Translations under genes and position numbers: made by a program
Notes under the pieces: generated by a model
Database searches by the model: none
What the model was told of the DNA's origin: nothing
The model's input: only the letters and a program-made list of their open reading frames with translations
Assembly (NCBI GenBank): GCA_946542105.1
Contig: CAMNKJ010000001.1
Coordinates: 35,590 to 99,589, forward strand
Source of the DNA: an uncultured Clostridia bacterium
Lineage (GTDB): Bacteria; Bacillota; Clostridia; Oscillospirales; Acutalibacteraceae
Direction of reading: 5' to 3'
Length of the DNA: 64,000 nt
Shown here: one piece after another, positions 46,341 through 54,542 of the stretch
Position numbering within the stretch: the first letter of the stretch is position 1
Layout: every line of letters begins with the position of its first letter

Positions 46341-46411
46341 TTCGAAGGAGCGGCAAAGGGATTTACGACAGGGTGCGCTGAGAACAGCTGACGATAGGGA
46401 GGAGATCGTCG

Positions 46412-48166
46412 ATGAACCATTCGTTAAAGAAGTATCGTCTCACGCGTGAAGAGCGCGCTCAAATCAAACAGAGGTTCAAGCGTACGGGAGAGTTGACGCG
46501 TAAAAAGTTGATAGAGTACATACCTGCTATGTTGATCACGAATCTCTCCACGCTTCTGCTGATATCCGTCGACGGTCTTGTCGTAGGTAATTTGGTTGGC
46601 GGCAAGGCACTGTCGGCAGTCAATATCTTTTCTCCGGCAACGCTGTTGATCGGCGTCATTTCTGTGCTGATCGCGAGCGGCATCGGGATATGTTTGTCGA
46701 CAGGAGTCGGCGCGAACGATCCTCAAAAGCTGCTGCGCACCAAGAGCGCCATGAAAAAGATGATGGCGATCGCCGCGATAGTTGTCGCCGTAGCGCAGAT
46801 ACCCGCGGTCTACCTGATCATCAGCTCCTATCAGCTTTCGCCGGAGATGGAGGCGATGACCCGACAGTACGCGATAGGGGTCATGATCTCTTCCCCATTC
46901 GGCTTGATATCCACCGTGGGCGTCCATCAGCTCCAGATCGTCGGAAAGATGAAGGCGCTGATGTGGCTTGCTATCATGGAGGGCGTTGCCAATCTTATTT
47001 TGGATGTTGTATTTGTCAGCGTTTTTCATATGGGAGTTGCCGGCGCCGGCTTCGGTACCGCCGGAGCGAATATTTTGCGCTGTACGGCAACGGTCCTGTT
47101 CCTTGTCAGGAAAACGAACGTTTTTAACAGCCACGGAGTGAAATCGGGATGGAAAGAGTGCAGAGAGATTCTCACCTACGGTCTGCCGGACGCTTCTCAT
47201 TCCCTGATCCTCGCGGCGCAGAACTATTTCATCATGCTTGTTATTCTCTCCACACTCGGAGAAAACGGCGGTATCATCAAGGGTACCTGCGCGTTTGCGT
47301 TCAGCGTCACCAATGTCCTGATCTCAAGCGTACAAGGCTCATTAAGGCCGCTGATGGGCTTGATGATCGGCTCAAAGGATCATGACGGAACACGGATGCT
47401 CCTGCGTCAGGGGTTTGGTTTCATCACGGTCTTTGTCAGTATTATCGTGGTCATCATCGAACTGTTCCCCGGAATGTTCTATCATTTTCACGGCATCAAT
47501 GAACTACCGAGCGGCGGTGAGCTCTCACTTCGATTATTCGCGGCGAGCTTTCTTTTCGGGGCATTCAACACCATTTTCCGTTTGTATTATTCCAACAGGA
47601 AGGATACCGGCTTTTCCAGTACACTGACCGTTTTGGGTCACGCCGCCATACCGCTGTTTGCGTTTATCCTCACCCGGTTTTTTCCCGGCCCGTTTCTGTG
47701 GCTCGGCAATCTGATCGCTGAACTGATCATCCTCGCCGTTAATATGAAGAGATACACCTATTGGCTGGAGAAAGATAACGCCGAACAGGATAAGGATGAA
47801 AAGACATTTTATTTGACTGTGACGCCCGACAAAGCGGTAGAGGCGTCTCAAATGATCCGCCGCTTTGCGAAGGAAAACGGCTATCCTTCCGGTATCGCCT
47901 ACAGTGTCGCCTTGTGTATGGAGGAAATGGTAGCCTATATCGAGGCGGCTCAGGATGGCGCCGAGATAGACACACAGGTCATCGTTCGGTTCTCACATGA
48001 CGCGGCGCACTTCATCATCATCGACAACGGGCGATGCATTACGCTGGATGACGATCCCGAATCGCGGTCGCTCATCACCAACAACTACGCGTTGATCAAA
48101 AAATTGGCAAAATCCGCGCAGCATCGTTATATCCTGAATCTGAATTATACGATGTTTGAATTTTGA
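46412..48166 (+). CDS. MATE-family efflux transporter fused to an approximately 130-aa cytoplasmic C-terminal domain
   Basis: Twelve TM segments over about 450 aa, followed by a soluble tail with a degenerate GHKL/HATPase_c_2-like motif order (CMEEMVAYI...IIIDNGRC). Confidence 0.75.
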   Translation: MNHSLKKYRLTREERAQIKQRFKRTGELTRKKLIEYIPAMLITNLSTLLLISVDGLVVGNLVGGKALSAVNIFSPATLLIGVISVLIASGIGICLSTGVGANDPQKLLRTKSAMKKMMAIAAIVVAVAQIPAVYLIISSYQLSPEMEAMTRQYAIGVMISSPFGLISTVGVHQLQIVGKMKALMWLAIMEGVANLILDVVFVSVFHMGVAGAGFGTAGANILRCTATVLFLVRKTNVFNSHGVKSGWKECREILTYGLPDASHSLILAAQNYFIMLVILSTLGENGGIIKGTCAFAFSVTNVLISSVQGSLRPLMGLMIGSKDHDGTRMLLRQGFGFITVFVSIIVVIIELFPGMFYHFHGINELPSGGELSLRLFAASFLFGAFNTIFRLYYSNRKDTGFSSTLTVLGHAAIPLFAFILTRFFPGPFLWLGNLIAELIILAVNMKRYTYWLEKDNAEQDKDEKTFYLTVTPDKAVEASQMIRRFAKENGYPSGIAYSVALCMEEMVAYIEAAQDGAEIDTQVIVRFSHDAAHFIIIDNGRCITLDDDPESRSLITNNYALIKKLAKSAQHRYILNLNYTMFEF

Positions 48167-48249
48167 GCAGGTTCAGATTATTCCTGTCACCCTAACCGAA
48201 ATCAGTAATACAAGAAAACACCGCATACGCATGTCGTATGCGGTGTTTT

Positions 48250-49650
48250 CTAATCCGGCAGCTCATCTTCGTGTCCCATCGTGAGCATATTCTTTTTCAT
48301 TTCCGCCAGAATGACTTTTCTGCCGATAGGGTCTGCGAACCAATTATCGGGCTTGGTATGACTGCCGTACGCTGGAAAATAGTGCAGGGAAAACCGTCGA
48401 TACGCTTCGATGCTCTCCGCGATTTGCTTGGTTCGCGGAATATGGAAGCCTCCCGTAACGATCCCTATCCGCAGCGGTCTTGCATACTCTTTCTGCAGCT
48501 CCTCGATGAACACAAGCGAGTTAGTCAAATTATCGACGGTACACAGCGCCTGATTCTCAATGCTGATATCAGCGCTGTCTACGCCGTTTTTCACAAGATA
48601 CTCGAGCATAAATTCCGCCTCGGTAGCCTCTGTGCCGATATAAGGGTTTCCGCCGCTGACGATATACCGCGCGCCGGGATTTCTTCTGCCTATCTCAAGC
48701 GCCTTCTCTATCTTATAACCGCAGTTCCTGCTGCCGAGAACCAGCAGGAGATCTACAGCGGCGTCCTCATCCCACGGACCGCCGAAAACGAGTCGGTTCA
48801 CAGACGAAAGATTCTCCGTCTTTTCTTCGGGTCTGTACGGGAACCGATCGATCGTATTCTCGACCTCTCTGCTCAGATCATACGCAACAAACGCCGCTCG
48901 TTCTTTTTCGGTCGTTCCCTTTGACAGCGAAAGAAAGCACGCTGTCTTTGCTTCATGCAATTCCATGGAACGTTCAAAGAACCGCGGAACATAACGGGTA
49001 GACAAGGACGTCAGGCTTCTCTGCAGATAAATGTGCTTGACGATGGAGCTGGTCATGATCGTTTGGCACACGTTGAGATAAGCATAATTGAACAGACGAT
49101 CCTCTCCGAAGGTACAGGACTCGTCATATCGGATATCGTGATCGATCAGCAGATGCCTTTTGTACAGCTTATTGCATGAGGAGTAGATCAACAGCCTGCG
49201 CCGTCTGATATAATCATCCGCAAAGGAGGATGCGTTGGGATAGAGATGATCCTCAACGGTCCAGTATGCTGTATCACCGTTCTGCAGATGACGCTCCATG
49301 CCGAAGATATAGTAATCAAGGTCTTTCTCCAAAAGAGGAAACGCTTTTTCAAAAAAGCTGTCGTGCATCCTGTCGTCACAGTCAACAAAGGTGACATATT
49401 TGCCTTTGGCAACCATGATCCCTTCGTTTCTGGCGCGTGACGGACCGCCATGCTCCCGATGGTACACATGCAGTTTGTCGCAGTGAGCGAAAAGAGAGCG
49501 CAGTTTGTCCCTTGTATCATCTGTTGAACCATCATCCACAGCGATGATCTCACATTGTTCGGGAAGCCGGTTCGTGATCGAGTGGATACACTCTTCTATA
49601 TAATCTCCGCAATTAAATGTCGGAACAATCACAGAAAGTAACACCTGCAA
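48250..49650 (-). CDS. glycosyltransferase family 2 domain fused to DUF218 (YdcF/ElyC-like) domain
   Basis: N-terminal VIVPTFNCGDYI...DDGSTD...DCDD. C-terminal SGGNPY...GIVTGGFHIPR. TTG start follows GAGGAGAGGA. Confidence 0.7.
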   Translation of the reverse strand: MQVLLSVIVPTFNCGDYIEECIHSITNRLPEQCEIIAVDDGSTDDTRDKLRSLFAHCDKLHVYHREHGGPSRARNEGIMVAKGKYVTFVDCDDRMHDSFFEKAFPLLEKDLDYYIFGMERHLQNGDTAYWTVEDHLYPNASSFADDYIRRRRLLIYSSCNKLYKRHLLIDHDIRYDESCTFGEDRLFNYAYLNVCQTIMTSSIVKHIYLQRSLTSLSTRYVPRFFERSMELHEAKTACFLSLSKGTTEKERAAFVAYDLSREVENTIDRFPYRPEEKTENLSSVNRLVFGGPWDEDAAVDLLLVLGSRNCGYKIEKALEIGRRNPGARYIVSGGNPYIGTEATEAEFMLEYLVKNGVDSADISIENQALCTVDNLTNSLVFIEELQKEYARPLRIGIVTGGFHIPRTKQIAESIEAYRRFSLHYFPAYGSHTKPDNWFADPIGRKVILAEMKKNMLTMGHEDELPD

Positions 49651-49780
49651 AACACCATCCTCTCCTCAGCCTAGGGCGTCTATAGATATCCTATTGTAAC
49701 AGATTATCGCTGTTTCAGCAAGAAGTAATCTGAATAACACTCGCTTTGTATGAATGTCTGATCTATCACCTTGCAACCCC

Positions 49781-50125
49781 ATGCTGTCATCAAAACCCGA
49801 TCCACGTTCTGCGCTCTCGTGTACGGTCCTCTTTGCTTCACCTCTGTCCGTTGCAGCAGTCGACAATTACATTCGCGGCGATGCTGACGCGGACGGCGCC
49901 GTGACCGTGATTGATGTGGCGATGATCCAAAGACACACCGCAGGGCTCTCCGTCTCGCCCTTTGATGAGAGAGCCGCCGATGTGAACGATGACGGCTTGG
50001 ATATCGTAGATGCGGCTCGGATCCAGCGTTACTTAGCCGGAATCGAAACACCGTATGGTATCGGCGAGCTTGTTACCGTAAAATCTCCGTCCGACTATGA
50101 CGAATATGAGCTCCCCGTTATGTAA
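49781..50125 (+). CDS. dockerin-only mini-protein (signal peptide plus a single dockerin module)
   Basis: Putative signal peptide ...LFASPLSVAA-VD. Two Ca-loop repeats, DADADGAVTVIDVAMIQR and DVNDDGLDIVDAARIQR. No catalytic module. Confidence 0.5.
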   Translation: MLSSKPDPRSALSCTVLFASPLSVAAVDNYIRGDADADGAVTVIDVAMIQRHTAGLSVSPFDERAADVNDDGLDIVDAARIQRYLAGIETPYGIGELVTVKSPSDYDEYELPVM

Positions 50126-50191
50126 AAGCTGCCGATCTTTTTTGTATTAAAATGAAATCATCAGATTTGTCATTAGTTCAAATCTCCTAAG

Positions 50192-50230
50192 ACGATTGCC
50201 TGACCTTGATCCTTCGGGTCAGGCAATCGT
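50192..50230 (+). terminator. possible terminator hairpin (weak T tract)
   Basis: ACGATTGCCTGACC / GGTCAGGCAATCGT 14-bp stem. Confidence 0.4.
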
Positions 50231-50324
50231 TCTGTCAGCATTTGAATCATAGGATACGAGGACGAAAGCGGTCTTTGAATCGGCAGGTATCACCGAGCGT
50301 ACTATGTAACAAAAAACTGCGTAC

Positions 50325-50352
50325 TTGAAACACTATTTGGATATGGTATAAT
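50325..50352 (+). promoter_or_regulatory. near-consensus promoter TTGAAA-16-TATAAT for the four-gene operon
   Basis: Read directly from the sequence, about 30 nt upstream of the RBS AAGGTGA. Confidence 0.55.
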
Positions 50353-50381
50353 AAATATACCGAATAAAGAAGGTGATTCAA

Positions 50382-52301
50382 ATGGGCGTTTACAACGCGC
50401 TGAAAACAGCAATTGAAAAGAATCCTGATAAAACGATCATGTTTGATAAAAACAGCGCCTTGACCGCAAAAGAATTTGATCTGTTGATCGATACCATTGC
50501 CGTTATGCTGCCTAAAGGCGCAAACAGAATCGGCGTGATGATGGAACATTCTGTCGAGATGATCGCGGCAATCTTTGCCGTGCTGAAAAGCGGCGCGGCG
50601 TATATTCCCGTCGAGCCGTCCTTTCCGCAGGAGCGTGTCGCGTATATGATGGAAGAAGCACAGGCGGATTGCATCATCACGAATACAAAATTTCGTGAGA
50701 TGGTAAAAGCGTTTCCGAAAATCATTGTTGACAGCGGCATGACTATCAATGAAAATGCCGATCTTCCTGCTAAGGAAATGGAAGAAAACAGGCTCGCGTA
50801 TATCCTCTATACCTCCGGCTCGACCGGCAAGCCGAAGGGAGTATCCGTGACTCACGCCAATATTCTGCATTATGTCAAGGCTTTTCAAGAAGAGTTTCAC
50901 CCCGACGACAGCGACGTCATGCTGCAATACTCGGTCTGCTCCTTCGATATCTTTGTTGAGGAAGTTTTCACGACGCTGCTGTCGGGCGCGGCGCTCGCGA
51001 TCCCGTCCGATGACGATAAAAGCAGTATGGAACGACTGATGAAGTTTATCGACGATAATAAGGTCACGATGCTCAGCGGCTTTCCGTATCTTTTGCAAGA
51101 GATGAATGGGTTGGACAGTATTCCGAAATCGCTACGCTTACTGATCAGCGGCGGCGATGTGATCCGTCAAAGCTACGTTGATCGGCTCGTAGATCAAGTC
51201 ACCGTTTATAATACCTACGGTCCGAGTGAAACGACCGTTTGCGCCTCCTACTATAACTGCTCAAACGGTTACGCGCTCGAGGACGGTACCTATCCGGTCG
51301 GCAAAGCTGTGCAAGGTACATCCATCAAGATACTGGATGAAGTCGGTAAAGAGGTGACGGACGGCGAAATCGGAGAGATCTGCATTCTCGGCGGCGGCGT
51401 ATCGCAGGGATATATCGGCGACAGAGCGGAAGAAAACAAAGCATTTGTCACTCTCGAAAACGGCGAGCGAATGTACCGCAGCGGCGACCTCGGCTATCTT
51501 CTGCCCGACGGCAATCTCGCCTTTGTCCGCAGGAAGGACACACAGGTGATGATCCTCGGCAAGCGTGTGGAAGCCGACGAGGTACAGAGTGTCATCCTCG
51601 GTTATCCCGACATTCATCAGGCGGCGGTGGTGCCCTATACCGACAGCAGCAACCTTTCCTATCTGGTTGCCTACATTGTTCCCGAAAATGACCGCTTTGA
51701 CTTGACGGCGCTCAAGGAATATATGACAATGTATTTAACGGAGTTTATGATCCCCGAATTCTTTGTGACGCTCGATAAATTGCCTTTGACCGTCAACGGC
51801 AAGCTCGATAAGGACAGCCTGCCTGTACCAAAAAGGATCAAAGTAAAAAACGCGAAGATACAAGACCTCGATTTGCTGCTTGATTGGCGCATGGAGGTAC
51901 TGAGCCATGTTTTCAGCGAGGAATTCAAGTCTTTGACAGCGGAACAGATCGAAACGATCCGTGAGAATAACCGAAAATATTATCTGAGCGAAATGCCGAG
52001 CGGCGGTCATATCGCCTGCTTTGCCTACAGCGGTACTGAGATCGTCGGCTGTGGCGGCGTTTGTATCTATGATGAAATGCCCTCGCCCGATAACCTCGAC
52101 GGCAAATGCGCCTATCTGATGAATATTTACACAAGACCGGAGTACCGCCATCAGGGTATCGCCACAAGGGTGGTGGAGCATCTGATCGCCGAAGCCAAAG
52201 CGCGGAGCATCGAGAAAATCTACCTTGAAACCTCGGCGGACGGCGAGCGAATGTATCGTAAGCTCGGGTTCAAGGATATGAAAGGATACATGAAGCTATG
52301 A
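50382..52301 (+). CDS. amino-acid adenylation (ANL) domain fused to a C-terminal GNAT acetyltransferase domain; no carrier (T) domain
   Basis: A3 LAYILYTSGSTGKPKGV, A4 FDIFVEE, A5 NTYGPSETT, A8 YRSGDLG...RKDTQV, A10 PLTVNGKLDK. GNAT motif A YRHQGIATRVV. No GGxS phosphopantetheine site seen. Confidence 0.8.
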   Translation: MGVYNALKTAIEKNPDKTIMFDKNSALTAKEFDLLIDTIAVMLPKGANRIGVMMEHSVEMIAAIFAVLKSGAAYIPVEPSFPQERVAYMMEEAQADCIITNTKFREMVKAFPKIIVDSGMTINENADLPAKEMEENRLAYILYTSGSTGKPKGVSVTHANILHYVKAFQEEFHPDDSDVMLQYSVCSFDIFVEEVFTTLLSGAALAIPSDDDKSSMERLMKFIDDNKVTMLSGFPYLLQEMNGLDSIPKSLRLLISGGDVIRQSYVDRLVDQVTVYNTYGPSETTVCASYYNCSNGYALEDGTYPVGKAVQGTSIKILDEVGKEVTDGEIGEICILGGGVSQGYIGDRAEENKAFVTLENGERMYRSGDLGYLLPDGNLAFVRRKDTQVMILGKRVEADEVQSVILGYPDIHQAAVVPYTDSSNLSYLVAYIVPENDRFDLTALKEYMTMYLTEFMIPEFFVTLDKLPLTVNGKLDKDSLPVPKRIKVKNAKIQDLDLLLDWRMEVLSHVFSEEFKSLTAEQIETIRENNRKYYLSEMPSGGHIACFAYSGTEIVGCGGVCIYDEMPSPDNLDGKCAYLMNIYTRPEYRHQGIATRVVEHLIAEAKARSIEKIYLETSADGERMYRKLGFKDMKGYMKL

Positions 52302-52738
52302 GTATGGTGACACAAAACCACGGTTCGGATTATTCCTGTCACCCTAACCAAAAGGAATATATGAGCTATGAGGAGTACCTCGTCAAGCTAAAGCAGGGCA
52401 TCGTCACCGAAAACGGCAATTGTCCTGTAACACCCCTGCTCGTCATGCTGCAGGGCAAGTGGAAGGCGCAGCTGATGTACGAGATGTGCATTTATGATAC
52501 CGTGCGCTTCGGTCAGCTGAAAAAGGATTTGCCCGGCATCACCAACACCATGCTGACAAAGTCACTTCGGGAGCTGGAGGACGACGGCTTGATACGCCGC
52601 GAGCAGTTCAACGAGATTCCGCCGCATGTGGAATACTCCTTAACACAGATGGGAAAGGACCTGATCCCCGTATTCTATTCCATCATGAACTGGGGCTTTC
52701 AACATGAGAACGAGCTATATAAAGAGGAGCAGTCATGA
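52298..52738 (+). CDS. HxlR-family winged-helix regulator
   Basis: CPV...GKWK...FGQLKKDLPGITNTMLTKSLRELEDDGLIRR...EYSLT. ATGA overlap upstream. Confidence 0.85.
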   Translation: MSMVTQNHGSDYSCHPNQKEYMSYEEYLVKLKQGIVTENGNCPVTPLLVMLQGKWKAQLMYEMCIYDTVRFGQLKKDLPGITNTMLTKSLRELEDDGLIRREQFNEIPPHVEYSLTQMGKDLIPVFYSIMNWGFQHENELYKEEQS

Positions 52739-53406
52739 ATATCCAAGGAAAAACAGTAGATATTTTTAAAACAGAAAACACAAGCGCACCGCTGGTTATC
52801 CTCAATAACTATATGAAAAGCAACGGCGAGATCTATAAAAAGTGCAAGGAGCTTGGCTGTCCCGTTTTTACGCTTGTTGAGATCAGCGGGCTGAACTGGG
52901 ACGACGATATGTCGCCGTGGGCGATCCCACCAATCAGCGAAAACGACACACCCTGCGGCGGCAAGGCGGACGAGTATCTCGAGCTGCTGCTCAAGGAGAT
53001 CATTCCCACCGTAAAAACGGAGCTGAACGCTGAGCCGCGGACCGTGATGCTCGCGGGCTATTCTCTCGCCGGTTTGTTCGCGTTATACGCCGTTACAAAA
53101 TGCGATCTGTTCACGGCGGTCGCCTCCTGCTCGGGCTCGATGTGGTTCCCCGATTTCAAGGAATATATCACGAAGTACGACACGTCAAAGCTGCCGCGAG
53201 CCATCTACTTTTCTCTCGGCGACAGAGAAGCGCATACAAAAAATAAAATCCTCCAAACTGTGGAGGATCGCACAAGAGCCATCGAAAAACACCTTGCCGA
53301 GAATGGGATCAATACCGTATTCGAACTGAACAAGGGCAATCATTTTCAGCAGGGAGCGCTGAGAACGGCAAAGGGCATCAAATGGATATTGGAGGAATCA
53401 AAATGA
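52735..53406 (+). CDS. alpha/beta hydrolase (putative esterase, esterase-D/IroE-like)
   Basis: Nucleophile elbow GYSLAG. ATGA overlaps on both sides. Confidence 0.65.
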   Translation: MNIQGKTVDIFKTENTSAPLVILNNYMKSNGEIYKKCKELGCPVFTLVEISGLNWDDDMSPWAIPPISENDTPCGGKADEYLELLLKEIIPTVKTELNAEPRTVMLAGYSLAGLFALYAVTKCDLFTAVASCSGSMWFPDFKEYITKYDTSKLPRAIYFSLGDREAHTKNKILQTVEDRTRAIEKHLAENGINTVFELNKGNHFQQGALRTAKGIKWILEESK

Positions 53407-54287
53407 GTGTCGCGATCAAGGAGATCGAAACAAAGGGCGTGATGACAAAGTCCAATCTGCCCGTGTCGGATTATTCCGTCAATCCTTATGTCGGCTGTGT
53501 GCACGGCTGTAAATATTGCTACGCCAGCTTTATGAAGCGCTTTACCAATCACCCCGAGCCGTGGGGCGATTTCGTGGACGTCAAGTATTGGACGCCCATC
53601 AAGAATCCGAAAAAGTACGCAGGCAAGGAGGCGTTCATCGGCTCTGTTACCGATCCTTACCAGCCATGCGAAAAAGAGTACGGCCGCACCCGGGAATTAC
53701 TCGAACAGCTTCAGGGCAGCGGCGTGAATATCAGCATCGCCACCCGTTCGGATTTAGTGCTGAGAGATTTGGATCTGATCAAAACCTTCCCGAACGCGCG
53801 CGTATCGTGGTCGATCAATACGCTGGACGAGGGCTTCCGCAAGCAGATGGACAGAGCCGTCAGCATCAAGCGCAGGCTGAACGCGATGAAGCAGTTTTAT
53901 GAAGCAGGCGTGCAGACAACATTATTTATCTCCCCGATCTTTCCGGGTATTACCGACCCGAAGGAGATCATTTCAGCGGCAAAGGATTTTTGCAATCTGG
54001 TGTGGCTGGAAAACCTGAATCTGCGCGGCGACTACCGTGTAAAGATCCTCAACTGGATCCATGAGAACCGCCCCGAACTGGACGGCTTATATAAGGAGAT
54101 CTACACCTACAAGGATCGTTCCTACTGGTATGCTCTCGATGAGGAAATGAAGGAATTTGCCGAAAAGAACCATTTGCCGTATCTCCGCGACGACGATAGT
54201 AAGCGCTCCGACTTCGGCGAGCCACCGGTCGTGGTCAATTACTTCTTCCATGAGGAAGTAAAGAAGTCCGCAAAAAAGAATCAATAG
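53403..54287 (+). CDS. radical SAM protein of the SPL/COG1533 (Rv2578c-like) type
   Basis: NPYVGCVHGCKYCYA (CxxxCxxC). GGAGGA lies before the ATG at 53403. Confidence 0.8.
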   Translation: MSVAIKEIETKGVMTKSNLPVSDYSVNPYVGCVHGCKYCYASFMKRFTNHPEPWGDFVDVKYWTPIKNPKKYAGKEAFIGSVTDPYQPCEKEYGRTRELLEQLQGSGVNISIATRSDLVLRDLDLIKTFPNARVSWSINTLDEGFRKQMDRAVSIKRRLNAMKQFYEAGVQTTLFISPIFPGITDPKEIISAAKDFCNLVWLENLNLRGDYRVKILNWIHENRPELDGLYKEIYTYKDRSYWYALDEEMKEFAEKNHLPYLRDDDSKRSDFGEPPVVVNYFFHEEVKKSAKKNQ

Positions 54288-54542
54288 TTTTTCAGACATA
54301 ACCTAGTAAGAAAAGTGTCGCAAAATTTAATGACAAAGGTGCGGCGACGAGGCACACTTGCCTTCGAGTCCCTTCCACCGTGCTGATCGGATACAATTTT
54401 ATCAAAAAACCTCTAATGTGACGGTTGTGTGAAAGTTATCTGAAAGATTTGTGAGAATTATTGAAACTCCTTTTTATTATATGTATGATGAAAATGGAAT
54501 TCCGAACGGATCATAGTTCAACTAAATGAAAGGAGATTCATT

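Noticed and set aside
49808-49826. Shared word CGCTCTCGTGTACG(G/A)TCC between the dockerin mini-ORF and 57208-57226.
   Set aside because: Only 14 nt are exact. My rough estimate is that on the order of ten such chance 14-mer coincidences are expected between all position pairs of a 64-kb window. There is no extended similarity around it.
54330-54386. 18-codon ORF (MTKVRRRGTLAFESLPPC) downstream of the radical SAM gene, considered as a RiPP precursor.
   Set aside because: It has no Shine-Dalgarno sequence and no Cys/Ser/Thr-rich core. The radical SAM enzyme is of the SPL/COG1533 type rather than a SPASM/RiPP maturase.
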